A DNA stretch of 61,449 nucleotides from contig DASTBT010000052.1 of assembly GCA_035711865.1 (NCBI GenBank), positions 1-61,449 on the forward strand, read 5' to 3'. The DNA comes from Actinomycetota bacterium. GTDB taxonomy: Bacteria > Actinomycetota > UBA4738 > HRBIN12. Of this stretch, positions 43,728-52,905 are shown in pieces. Position 1 is the first letter of the stretch. Each line of letters starts with the position of its first letter. Both the position numbers and the translations under genes were made by a program. The notes under the pieces were generated by a model. That model worked only from the letters and a program-made list of their open reading frames with translations. It was not told the DNA's origin and searched no databases.

Positions 43728-44978
43728 ATGGCCGTGCCCGACCTCTCCGCGCTGCGATCCCGGTTCCCCGCACTCGCGAGGACCCAGGGAGGACGCACCG
43801 TCGTCTACGCCGACGCCCCAGGCGGCTCCCAGGTGCCCGACACCGTCATCGAGGCGGTCGCGGGCCACTACCGCGGCGGCATCTCGAACATGGACGGGGT
43901 GTTCGCCGCCAGCGAGGAGCTCGAGGCGGCCGTCGGGGCGGCACGCAGGGCGGGCGCCGACCTCGCCGGGGTCGAGCCCGGCCAGGTCGTCTTCGGGTCC
44001 AACTCCACGTCGCTGCTGTTCCACCTGTCGCGTTCGTTCGCCCGCACGATCGGGCCCGGCGACGAGGTCGTGGTCACCCGTCTCGATCATGACGCGAACG
44101 TGCGACCGTGGCTGCTGGCCGCGCGGGACGCCGGCGCGACGGTACGCTGGGTCGACGTGCGGCCCGACGACGCCACGCTCGACCTCGAGTCGTTCGACGC
44201 CGCACTCGAGCGGCGTCCCCGGCTCGTGGCGTTCACGCTCGCGTCGAACGCGGTCGGCACCATGACGCCCGCCTCCGCCCTGGTGGCTCGGTCGAAGGCG
44301 GCCGGCGCCTTGGTCGCGGTCGACGGGGTGCACGTCGCTCAGCATCGCTCGATCGACCTCACGGCGATCGGCGCCGACATCGTGACGATCTCCCCGTACA
44401 AGGTATTCGGCCCACACATGGGCATGGTCGCGGCGTCCCCCGAGGTCCTCGACGGCTGGGACCCGTACCGGGTTCGTCCCGCCGATCGCTACCCGTCGCC
44501 GGAGCGCTGGGAGACGGGGACGCAGAACCACGAGGCGATGGCGGGGTTCATCGCCGCGGTCGACTATCTCGCCGAGCTCGGCGCCCTGCACGGCCATCCG
44601 GCCGACGGGTCGCGGCGCGCGGCCGTGGTCGCCGCATACGTGGCGATCGGCGCGCACGAACACGAGCTGGCACGGCGGTTCCTCGAGGGCATCGGTCGCA
44701 TCTCGGGCGTCAGCCTGTTCGGCATCGCCGACCCGGAGCGGCTCGACGAACGCACGCCCACGTTCGCGGTGCGCGTGGGCGACCGGCATCCGCGCGAGAC
44801 CGCCAAGGCGCTCGCGGAGCAGGGGATCTTCGTCTGGGACGGGCACTACTACGCGATCGAGCTGCTCGAGCGGCTCGGGCTGCTCGAGAGCGGCGGCGCG
44901 GTGCGCATCGGCTTCTGTCACTACCACTCCGCCGACGAGGTCGATCGGGTGCTCGAGTCGCTGGACGGCCTCGCCTAG
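43728..44978 (+). CDS. Class-V aminotransferase / cysteine desulfurase-like PLP enzyme
   Basis: ATG at 43728 (MAVPDLSALRSRFPAL...) inside ORF 43674..44978; 416 aa. Blocks: LASNAVGT, VDGVHVAQH, SPYKVFGPHMG (PLP Lys) and RIGFCHYHSADEVDR. Confidence 0.88.
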   Translation: MAVPDLSALRSRFPALARTQGGRTVVYADAPGGSQVPDTVIEAVAGHYRGGISNMDGVFAASEELEAAVGAARRAGADLAGVEPGQVVFGSNSTSLLFHLSRSFARTIGPGDEVVVTRLDHDANVRPWLLAARDAGATVRWVDVRPDDATLDLESFDAALERRPRLVAFTLASNAVGTMTPASALVARSKAAGALVAVDGVHVAQHRSIDLTAIGADIVTISPYKVFGPHMGMVAASPEVLDGWDPYRVRPADRYPSPERWETGTQNHEAMAGFIAAVDYLAELGALHGHPADGSRRAAVVAAYVAIGAHEHELARRFLEGIGRISGVSLFGIADPERLDERTPTFAVRVGDRHPRETAKALAEQGIFVWDGHYYAIELLERLGLLESGGAVRIGFCHYHSADEVDRVLESLDGLA

Positions 44979-45108
44979 CTCGGAACCGGCGGTCGCATCG
45001 AGGACCGCACCGACCGGTGCGCAACCACCGCGTTCGCCCCGGTTCCCTCTCGTAGGATGGGGCGACGTCCTCGGGCGTGCTCGATGGAACATCGCTGAAA
45101 GGAACGAC

Positions 45109-46284
45109 ATGCGCATCCTGATCCTGGGCGGCGACGGCTATCTCGGATGGCCGACCGCGATGCGGTTCTCGAACCGTGGCCACCAGGTCCATGTGGTCGA
45201 CAACTACCTGCGGCGAACCGCTCACCGAGAGGCGGGCTCCGACTCGCTCACCCCGATCGGGGCGAACCTTCCCGAGCGGGTTGCCGCCTGGAAGGACGTG
45301 ACCGGTCTCGACATCGGCCTCACCGAGGGCGACCTCACGGAGTGGGACGTGGTCGAGGACCTGTTCACCACGTTCCGGCCCGAGGCGGTCGTGCACTACG
45401 GCGAGATCCCGAGCGCCCCGTACTCGATGAAGGATCGAGAGCACGCGGTGTTCACCCAGACGAACAACGTCGTGAACACCTTGAACGTGCTCTATGCGAT
45501 CCGCGACATCACGCCCGACGCCCACCTCGTCAAGCTCGGCACGATGGGCGAGTACGGCACCCCGAACATCGACATCGAAGAGGGGTACATCGAGATCCGC
45601 CACAACGGGCGTGAGGACTACCTGCCGTTCCCGAAGGTGCCGGGATCGATGTACCACCTGTCGAAGGTCCACGATTCCCACAACATGCACTTCGCCTGCC
45701 GTGTGTGGGGCATGCGGGCCACCGATCTGAACCAGGGTGTGGTCTACGGCGTGCACACCGACGAGACGCGGTTCGACGACCGGCTGCTCACGCGGTTCGA
45801 CTACGACGACGTCTTCGGAACCGCGTTGAACCGGTTCTGCCTGCAGGCCGTGATCGGTCACCCGCTCACGGTGTACGGCAAGGGCGGGCAGACGCGCGGC
45901 TACCTGAACATCGTCGACACGCTGCAGTGCATCGAGCTCGCCGTGGCCCATCCGGCCGAGCGCGGAGAGATGCGCGTCTTCAACCAGTTCACCGAGTCGT
46001 TCTCGATCCTCGAGCTCGCCCAGCTCGTGCAGAAGGCCGGCGCGGAGGTCGGCCTCGACGTCGATGTCGAACCGATCGACAACCCCCGGTTCGAGGCCGA
46101 GGAGCACTACTACAACCCCGTGCACACGAAGCTGCTCGACCTGGGGCTCGAACCGCACCTGTTGTCGGAGACGCTGATCGAGTCCGTCTTCGCAGAGATC
46201 CAGCGGCATCGGCGCCGCGTGATCGCCGACCACATCCTGCCTCGCGATCGGTGGAGCCCGGTCGCCGAGACGACCACGTCGTAG
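45109..46284 (+). CDS. sqdB: UDP-sulfoquinovose synthase (SQD1/SqdB/Agl3 family SDR)
   Basis: 391-aa ORF with near-continuous family blocks: ILGGDGYLGWPTA, SLTPI, HYGEIPSAPYSM, KLGTMGEYGTPNIDIEEGYIEI, MYHLSKVHDSHN, ATDLNQGVVYGV, FGTALNRFCLQAVIGHPLTVYGKGGQTRGYL and NPRFEAEEHYYNPVHTKLLDLGLEPH. Confidence 0.93.
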   Translation: MRILILGGDGYLGWPTAMRFSNRGHQVHVVDNYLRRTAHREAGSDSLTPIGANLPERVAAWKDVTGLDIGLTEGDLTEWDVVEDLFTTFRPEAVVHYGEIPSAPYSMKDREHAVFTQTNNVVNTLNVLYAIRDITPDAHLVKLGTMGEYGTPNIDIEEGYIEIRHNGREDYLPFPKVPGSMYHLSKVHDSHNMHFACRVWGMRATDLNQGVVYGVHTDETRFDDRLLTRFDYDDVFGTALNRFCLQAVIGHPLTVYGKGGQTRGYLNIVDTLQCIELAVAHPAERGEMRVFNQFTESFSILELAQLVQKAGAEVGLDVDVEPIDNPRFEAEEHYYNPVHTKLLDLGLEPHLLSETLIESVFAEIQRHRRRVIADHILPRDRWSPVAETTTS

Positions 46285-46287
46285 ACC

Positions 46288-47340
46288 ATGTGGGCGTTGC
46301 GGCTGCTCGCCGGCGCGGCCGCGGTCGCGTTCTTCCTCGTGGCGGCCCGTTCGTACCAGCGCCGGAACATCAGCCGGCTGAGCCTGTTGACCGCGTTCGT
46401 CGCGGCGACCGCCGTCGTCGTGCTCGCCGCGTTCCCGAACCTGTTCGACCCGGTCTTCGACACGTTCAACTTCCAGCCCGGCGACAACCGGCGGCTCGTC
46501 GCGCTGCTGCTGGGCGCGGTGGTCGTGCTCTTCCTGTTGCTGTTCCGGCTGCAGGGCCACTCCGATCGCAGCGAACGCGCGATCCAACAGCTGGTCGAGG
46601 CGCTCACCGTCGAGCGGTTCGACTGGGACGAGGCGGACCGGCGGGTGCCGGTCGGCCCCAAGGTGGTGACGATATCCCCCGCCTACAACGAGGCCGAGAA
46701 CGTCGGCGCGGTGATCGAAGCGATGCCGAAGGAGATCTCCGGCTACCACGTGGTGCCGATCGTGATCGACGACCGCTCCGACGACGGCACGTCCGACGCG
46801 GCCCGTGTCGCCGGCGCCTTCACGGCCACCCTGCCGATCCGCCGTGGGGGCGGCATGGCGCTGCGGGTGGGCTACGAGATCGCCCTGCAGCTCGGCGCCG
46901 ACATCGTGGTCTCGCTCGACGCCGACGGTCAGCACCTGCCCGAGGAGATCCCGGTGTTGATCGCGCCGATCCTCGAGGATCGCGCCGACCACGTGAACGG
47001 ATCCCGCATGCTCGGCGACTTCGAGCGCGGCGGGTCTCCGATCCGCCACGCCGGTGTGCACTTCTTCTCGTGGATGGTCACGATCCTCACCGGGCAACGC
47101 ATCACCGACATCTCGAGCGGCTATCGCGCCACCCGGGCCGAGACCCTCCGGAAGCTGATCCTGGTGCAGGATCAGTTCTGGAGCTCGGAGATCACGATCG
47201 AGGCGCTTCGACAGCGGGCCCGGATCGTCGAGGTGCCGGTGACGTTCCTGACCCGGCGCGGCGGCGAGTCGAAGAAGCCGAAGAGCCTGCGTTACGCCTG
47301 GAACTTCTCGAAGGCGATCGGCAAGACCTGGCTCAGGTGA
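46288..47340 (+). CDS. GT2 glycosyltransferase (polyprenyl-phosphate glycosyltransferase-like) fused to an N-terminal multi-TM (DUF2304-like) domain
   Basis: 350-aa ORF starting 3 nt after the sqdB stop. About 95 aa of TM helices precede the GT-A blocks ISPAYNEAENV, VIDDRSDDGTSD and SLDADGQHLPEEI. Confidence 0.88.
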   Translation: MWALRLLAGAAAVAFFLVAARSYQRRNISRLSLLTAFVAATAVVVLAAFPNLFDPVFDTFNFQPGDNRRLVALLLGAVVVLFLLLFRLQGHSDRSERAIQQLVEALTVERFDWDEADRRVPVGPKVVTISPAYNEAENVGAVIEAMPKEISGYHVVPIVIDDRSDDGTSDAARVAGAFTATLPIRRGGGMALRVGYEIALQLGADIVVSLDADGQHLPEEIPVLIAPILEDRADHVNGSRMLGDFERGGSPIRHAGVHFFSWMVTILTGQRITDISSGYRATRAETLRKLILVQDQFWSSEITIEALRQRARIVEVPVTFLTRRGGESKKPKSLRYAWNFSKAIGKTWLR

Positions 47341-47364
47341 GCGGCACCGGGGCCGCCCCAGACG

Positions 47365-48273
47365 TCACCGCCGCTCCGCCAGCGCGACGGCCACCTCGGC
47401 GGCGACCCGCGCGTTGTCCTCGAGCAGCGCGAGGTTCGCCTCGAGGCTCCGGCCGCCCGTGAGCTCGGCGAGCGCCGAGAGCAGGAACGGCGTCCTGGCC
47501 TTGCCGCCCACCCCCGCCGCATCGGCCCGAGCCTCGGCGTCGGCGGCCGCCGCGGCCACCTCGTCGACATCCATCGCAGAGGCGGCGGGGACGGGGTTCG
47601 CGAGCAGGATCGTGGACCGCGTGCCGAGCGCGAACGCTGCGTCGGCGAACGCCGCGGCCTCGGCCGCCGACGCGACGACGTGCTCCAGCTCGACCGGCGC
47701 GTGCGGAGCCAGGAAGAACGGCAGCCGATCGACGACGTGGCCCACCGTGACCACCCCGAGCTCCTCGAGGCGCTCCGCGGTGGCCACGGGGTCGATGATC
47801 GACTTCGGGCCCGAGCACACGAGCAGGCCGGGGGTGCGCGCGAGCTCGAGCAGGTCCGCGCTCACATCGGGGTCCTCGCCCGGGTGCACACCCCCGATGC
47901 CCCCGGTCGCGCCCACGGGGACGCCCGCACGAGCCGCCGCCCAGATCGTGGCGCTCACCGTCGTGGCTCCCAGGACGCGGGTCGCGACCGCGGCCGGCAG
48001 GTCACGCCGGGCCACCTTCGCGGCCACGCCCGGCTCGCAGAACCGCGCGAGCTGCCCGTCGTCGAGGCCGACGACGAGCCGTCCGTCCACCGTCCCGATC
48101 CACGCGGGCACCGCCCCGGCCGCGCGGATCGCGCCGCTCATGCGGGTCACGCACTCCGCGTTGCGGGGCACGGGGAGCCCCTGGCCGATCACGCTCGTCT
48201 CGAGGGCGACGGCGCCCGGGCCGCGGTCGATCGCCGCACGCACCTCCTCGGCGATCTCGAACGCATCAGCCAC
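47365..48273 (-). CDS. psuG: Pseudouridine-5'-phosphate glycosidase
   Basis: GTG at 48273 (VADAFEIAEEV...) overlaps the psuK end by 8 nt; 302 aa. Blocks: ALETSVIGQGLP, GATGGIGGVH and CSGPKSI. Confidence 0.92.
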   Translation of the reverse strand: MADAFEIAEEVRAAIDRGPGAVALETSVIGQGLPVPRNAECVTRMSGAIRAAGAVPAWIGTVDGRLVVGLDDGQLARFCEPGVAAKVARRDLPAAVATRVLGATTVSATIWAAARAGVPVGATGGIGGVHPGEDPDVSADLLELARTPGLLVCSGPKSIIDPVATAERLEELGVVTVGHVVDRLPFFLAPHAPVELEHVVASAAEAAAFADAAFALGTRSTILLANPVPAASAMDVDEVAAAAADAEARADAAGVGGKARTPFLLSALAELTGGRSLEANLALLEDNARVAAEVAVALAERR

Positions 48274-49156
48274 GCGCCGTCGCCTCTGGATGCGGCCACG
48301 TCTCGCGGTCGGCGGCGGCCAGAGCTCCCGCATGACAGGCGCGGGCGAGAGCCTCGGCCGGTGGTGCCCCGGCCACGAGCATCGCGAGCAGGACGCCGTC
48401 GAACGCGTCGCCGGCGCCGGTGGGATCGGCCTCCGCGACCGGCTCGGCGTCGGCCACGAACAGCTCGCCACGAACGCAGAGCGCGGCCCCACGTGCATCG
48501 AGCTTCACGGCCGCGAACTCGAACGACTCCCCGAGCGTCGCGGCGGCGTCGCCACCCGTGCGGCCGCCGGTCAGGACCTCGGCTTCCCGGGCGTTGGCGA
48601 GCACGGCGTTCGCGTTCGCGGTCTCCTCGAGGTAGCGGCCGGCGCCGAACGCCTCGACGAGGGGCCACGAGGCCGCCTCGGCCGCCACGACGGGTGCCCG
48701 CGCCCGATCGAGGGCCGCCACGCCGGCGTCGTGCCCCGGTTCTTGCAGGAGGAGGTAGCCGGAGACGAGCACGGCTCCCGCCTCGATCGTCGCCGGGAGG
48801 TCGTCGGGCACGAGACGAGCGTTCGCGCCACGGTCGGCGACCATCGATCGCTCCCCCGGCTCGTGCACGACGAGCATCGTGCCGGTGGGCGCTCGGGGGT
48901 CGACCGTCAGCGCCGCGTCGATGCCGCGCTCCTCGAGCTCACCATGAACCGTTCGGCCCTGCAGGTCGTCGCCGATCCTGCCGAGCACGCGGGTCGAGGC
49001 GCCGGCCCACGCCCCCCAGGCTGCGGCGTTCGCCGACGTGCCACCCGGCTGCAGCATCACACGCCCATGCACGTCCCCGCCACGCTTGAGTGCCTCGGCG
49101 TCCACACGGATGTCGAGCATCACGTCGCCCACGCACACGAGGTCCACGGCGCACAC
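48266..49156 (-). CDS. psuK: PfkB-family carbohydrate kinase, probably pseudouridine kinase
   Basis: 296-aa ORF starting with GTG. Blocks: CVGDVMLDI, GGTSANAA and DPTGAGDAF. The psuK call rests on coupling to psuG. Confidence 0.85.
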   Translation of the reverse strand: MCAVDLVCVGDVMLDIRVDAEALKRGGDVHGRVMLQPGGTSANAAAWGAWAGASTRVLGRIGDDLQGRTVHGELEERGIDAALTVDPRAPTGTMLVVHEPGERSMVADRGANARLVPDDLPATIEAGAVLVSGYLLLQEPGHDAGVAALDRARAPVVAAEAASWPLVEAFGAGRYLEETANANAVLANAREAEVLTGGRTGGDAAATLGESFEFAAVKLDARGAALCVRGELFVADAEPVAEADPTGAGDAFDGVLLAMLVAGAPPAEALARACHAGALAAADRETWPHPEATARG

Positions 49157-49185
49157 CCTAGCCGCGTCGCCGGCGGCGGGCGTCC

Positions 49186-50016
49186 CTACGCCCCGTCTTC
49201 GACCGGCTCCGCGGGGAGCGCGCTCGGACCGGATCGTGGGATCTGGGATCCGCCGGTGACGCGGGCCACCTCGGCGGGCGAGGCGCCGGGTTCGAGCGCC
49301 GCGCGCCGCCGGCGCGCGATCGCCTTCTCACGGCGGAACTTCTTCCAGTCGCTCGCCTTCGTGCTGACCAGCACGTCGGTGACGATCTGGAGCGCGCCGT
49401 ACCCGGCGAGCGCCGCGGCCGCCCACCAGGGGACGCCCGAGACGGGCCAGAACGCGAGCGCCACGAACGGAGCGAGCTTCGTGGCGATCGCCCCGCTCGC
49501 GTGCATCCAGGCCCTGGAGTCGGGATCGGCGCGCAGGTAGGTGCCGTAATCCGACTTCAATCCCGGCCGGGGCGGCGGCGGCCCACCGAGGAAGTAGTCG
49601 GTCCATCCGATCCCGACCAGGACGCCCGCGAGCCAATGCGTCGGCGAGTGGACGCACAGCGACCAGATCAGGCCCGCCGCGATCAGCGCGAGTCCCTTCC
49701 ACATAGGGGTCTGCCACACGTACGCAGCCCACACGGCCAGCCCACCCGCGACGACACCGGCCAGCAGCAGGGCGTTCCCCGCCCAGACGGGCAGGCGCAC
49801 GCGGATGCGAGCCCGGAAGGCGGAGGCATCGATGCGCCCGATCTGCTCGGCATGCTCACCGGTCAGCGCCCGGTCGAGCTTGACGGCGCGAACGATCTCC
49901 CAGAGCCCCAGCCCGGCCAGATCTGTGTTCCCCGCAGCCACGGCGGCTTCGATCCGGTCGAGATCGGCACCGATCTCCCCGGGATCCCTCGGCGACGGAG
50001 TTGTCCGAACCTCCAC
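49186..50016 (-). CDS. Integral membrane protein of unknown function
   Basis: 276-aa ORF; GTG with GGAAGGGGG 7 nt upstream. A soluble N-terminal segment of about 90 aa precedes about 5 TM helices. No family recognised. Confidence 0.7.
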   Translation of the reverse strand: MEVRTTPSPRDPGEIGADLDRIEAAVAAGNTDLAGLGLWEIVRAVKLDRALTGEHAEQIGRIDASAFRARIRVRLPVWAGNALLLAGVVAGGLAVWAAYVWQTPMWKGLALIAAGLIWSLCVHSPTHWLAGVLVGIGWTDYFLGGPPPPRPGLKSDYGTYLRADPDSRAWMHASGAIATKLAPFVALAFWPVSGVPWWAAAALAGYGALQIVTDVLVSTKASDWKKFRREKAIARRRRAALEPGASPAEVARVTGGSQIPRSGPSALPAEPVEDGA

Positions 50017-50140
50017 GATCCAGCCCCCTTCCGGCTATACGATTCGCGCGGCGCCACACGACGCGAGGCGCGGCGTTCCTGCGGAGAACGCTTCCCCGAG
50101 AGTGCAGGAGGGCATCACGTCCAGGAGTATCGCGCAGTCG

Positions 50141-52027
50141 GTGCCGTCGGGCGTCGTGCAGGGCCATGCGCTCGTCACGCTCGACGGGCGCTACGCGGTC
50201 GTGGAGCGCATCGCCTCGGGTGGCATGGGCGAGGTGTTCCGTGCACGCGACACCGTGCTGGCTCGTGACGTCGCGATCAAGGTGCTGCACCGGTCGCTCG
50301 CCGGCGACCAGGCGTTCGTCGATCGCTTCCGCACCGAGGCCCGGGCCGCGGCCGGCCTCTCGCACAACAACATCGTGGCCGTCTTCGACTGGGGCTCGGT
50401 CGACGGCATCTACTACATGGTGATGGAGTACGTCCGCGGCCAGGGCCTTCGAGCCCTGCTGAACCGGGAGGGTCGTCTCGAGCCGGGGCTGACGGCCGAT
50501 GTCGTTCGGCAGACCCTGCTCGCGCTCGAGCACGCGCACGGCCAGGGCATCGTGCACCGCGACATCAAGCCGGAGAACATCCTCGTCACGACCGACGGGG
50601 TCGTGAAGGTGGCCGACTTCGGGCTCGCTCGCGCCTACGCCGAAGGCCGTCAGACTCAGGCGGGCACCGTGACGGGCACCGTGCAGTACCTGGCACCCGA
50701 ACAGATCCGAGGTGAGCCGGCCGACCCTCGCAGCGACCTCTACTCGCTCGGCATCGTGAGCTACGAGCTGCTCACCGGGAAGTTACCGTTCACCGGCGAG
50801 ACCGCGATGTCGATCGCGTACAAGCACCTGTCGGGACGGGTCCCGATGCCCGGCACCACCGTCCCCTCGATCCCACCGGAGCTCGACGGGTTCGTTGCCA
50901 GCGCGACCGATCGCGATCGCGAGATGCGGCCGGAATCCGCCCTCGCGATGCGCCGAGACATGGACGCGTTCGCATCCTCGCTGCCGCCGGCTCAGGCCCT
51001 GGCCTCGATCGTCGACGATGCGCCTGCCGTGAGTCCCCTGCCGACCGACGGCACCACGACCGACGTCGTCGTGCTCGGCGACGCGGCCGAGATCGACGAG
51101 CTCGAGACCACGACCGCAACGATCGCCCGGGTCGAGCGCGGCACCCGCCGACGGTGGCGCCGGCGACTGGGCGTCGTGCTGCTCGTCGCCGCCTTGGCGG
51201 CCACAGCGTGGGGCGTGTGGACCTACCTGATCCCCCACCGCGCCGACGGTCCCGTGCTCTCCGGCGGCACCGTCGAGGCCGCGCGCGACCGGCTCTCCGA
51301 CCTCGGATTCGTCGTCCGCATCACCGACGGTCAACACTCCGACCGGGTGCCCGAGGGCGGCGTGCTGCGCGTTGAACCCGACGCGGGCACCTCCCTCGAG
51401 TTGGGTGAGACGGTCACGATCGTGCCATCGCTCGGCCCTCCCCCGGTCAAGGCGCCGAAGGTCGTCGGCCTGACCTTCGAGAAGGCGGCGAGCTCCCTGG
51501 AGCGCCTCGGCCTGGAGCCATCGGTCGCCCGGCGCCGGTTCCACGACGAGATCCCCGAGGGCCGCGTGATCGAACAGTTGCAGTCGGGCATGGTGCCCGC
51601 CGGCAGCACGGTGGAGCTGATCCTGAGCAAGGGGCACGCTCCGGTGCCCGTCCCCAAGGTCGCGGGGGCGACGGAGTCCCGTGCGACCGAGACCCTCCAA
51701 GCCGCCGGCTTCTCCGTGACGACCGAGACCACGTTCTCGAACCGGGTGGAGCGCGGCTCGGTGGTCGGTGTCAGCCCCAAGGCGGGCACCGTGGCTCCCT
51801 ACGCGTCCAGGGTGACCCTCACGATCTCGCTGGGCCCCGAGCGGTTCCCCCTGCCGAGCTTCATCGGGCTCTCGAAGTCGGCGGCCGAGGCCAAGGCGAC
51901 CTCTTACGGTCTCGACGTGTCGTTCTTCGTGGTCCCGAACACGACGGGCTCGCTCGTGATCAGTCAGACCCCGGCGCCGAACGTCACCGTCTCCTACGGC
52001 GACGGCGTCACGCTGTTCATCGCGTGA
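50141..52027 (+). CDS. pknB: PASTA-domain Ser/Thr protein kinase (PknB-like)
   Basis: In ORF 49805..52027. GTG at 50141 is chosen 13 aa before LDGRYAVVERIASGGMGEVF; GTGs at 50102 and 50156 are also possible. Blocks: VAIKVL, HRDIKPENIL, DFGLAR and GTVQYLAPEQ. One TM, then four PASTA repeats. Confidence 0.9.
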   Translation: MPSGVVQGHALVTLDGRYAVVERIASGGMGEVFRARDTVLARDVAIKVLHRSLAGDQAFVDRFRTEARAAAGLSHNNIVAVFDWGSVDGIYYMVMEYVRGQGLRALLNREGRLEPGLTADVVRQTLLALEHAHGQGIVHRDIKPENILVTTDGVVKVADFGLARAYAEGRQTQAGTVTGTVQYLAPEQIRGEPADPRSDLYSLGIVSYELLTGKLPFTGETAMSIAYKHLSGRVPMPGTTVPSIPPELDGFVASATDRDREMRPESALAMRRDMDAFASSLPPAQALASIVDDAPAVSPLPTDGTTTDVVVLGDAAEIDELETTTATIARVERGTRRRWRRRLGVVLLVAALAATAWGVWTYLIPHRADGPVLSGGTVEAARDRLSDLGFVVRITDGQHSDRVPEGGVLRVEPDAGTSLELGETVTIVPSLGPPPVKAPKVVGLTFEKAASSLERLGLEPSVARRRFHDEIPEGRVIEQLQSGMVPAGSTVELILSKGHAPVPVPKVAGATESRATETLQAAGFSVTTETTFSNRVERGSVVGVSPKAGTVAPYASRVTLTISLGPERFPLPSFIGLSKSAAEAKATSYGLDVSFFVVPNTTGSLVISQTPAPNVTVSYGDGVTLFIA

Positions 52028-52866
52028 GGTTCGGCGCGCACGTGCGCCGCGGCTCCGAGGTCACGACCGGCGTCGTCGAGGAATGCCGGCGCCGCGGCGC
52101 CGATTGCGCGCAGATCTTCCTGTCGAGCCCGCGTGCGTGGGCTCCGCCGTCGTTCACCGACGAAGCAGCCGCACGGTTCCGCGAGGGGTGGGCCGCGAGC
52201 GGGCTCGGCCCCCTGGCGGCGCACGCTCCCTACCTGGTGAACATCGCCTCGCCGAACCACGGCTTCCTCTCGAGGTCGCGGGCCCTCGCGCGTGCGACGG
52301 CTCGAGCGTGCGACCGGCTCGGTGTCGATCTGCTGGTGCTGCACGCGGGGGCGGGCGGCGACGACGAGCCGGCGACGGCCCGCCACCGCGCCGCGGTCTC
52401 GCTGGGACAGGTCCTGCGCTCGGCCGTCGGCGTGCGCGTGCTCGTCGAGCTCCTGGCGGGCACGCGCGGGGCGGTGGCCTCGACGATCGGCGAAGCCGCC
52501 GTGCTGCTCGAAGAAGCGGGCGACGATCGGCTGGGACTGTGCCTCGACATCTGCCACCTGTTCGCCGCCGGGTACGGCCTCGACGAACCAGACGGGGTCG
52601 ACGAGCTGTTCTCGGAGCTCGCCGAGCGCGGCCTCACGGACCGGGTCGCCCTCGTGCATGCGAACGATTCGGGGTTCCCCCGGGGAGATCGCCGGGACCG
52701 GCACGCGCCGGTCGGCGAGGGGTTCGTGGGCCCGGGCGGATGGCGGGCGATCCTGTCGCGGTCGGAAGCGGCCGACCTGCCGTTCGTGCTCGAGACCCCC
52801 GGCGACGCGGCCTCACATGCCGAACAGATCGAGAGGCTCCGCGCGCTCGCCCCGCCCGAGCCGTGA
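52024..52866 (+). CDS. nfo: Endonuclease IV (AP endonuclease, TIM barrel)
   Basis: 280-aa ORF; GTG overlaps the pknB stop (GTGA). Blocks: FGAHV, HAPYLVNIASP, LVLHAG, LDICHLFAAGY, VHANDS and ETP. Confidence 0.9.
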   Translation: MRFGAHVRRGSEVTTGVVEECRRRGADCAQIFLSSPRAWAPPSFTDEAAARFREGWAASGLGPLAAHAPYLVNIASPNHGFLSRSRALARATARACDRLGVDLLVLHAGAGGDDEPATARHRAAVSLGQVLRSAVGVRVLVELLAGTRGAVASTIGEAAVLLEEAGDDRLGLCLDICHLFAAGYGLDEPDGVDELFSELAERGLTDRVALVHANDSGFPRGDRRDRHAPVGEGFVGPGGWRAILSRSEAADLPFVLETPGDAASHAEQIERLRALAPPEP

Positions 52867-52905
52867 CGGAGGCCCCGCCCGGGCGAGTGACGATCCGCGC
52901 CGCGG

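Noticed and set aside
44979-45108. Hairpins between the aminotransferase gene and sqdB (GGAACCGG...CCGGTTCC, GCACC...GGTGC)
   Set aside because: The outer stem has a 49-nt loop and the inner stem has a 4-nt loop and only 5-7 bp. There is no U-tract. This is too weak to call a terminator or regulatory RNA.
41310-45116. 1268-aa minus-strand ORF (and the 795-aa ORF at 44710..47097)
   Set aside because: These ORFs span four to five well-supported plus-strand genes (rocD, DUF402, membrane protein, aminotransferase, sqdB, GT2). The products are low-complexity Arg/Gly/Asp-rich sequence with no recognisable domains.
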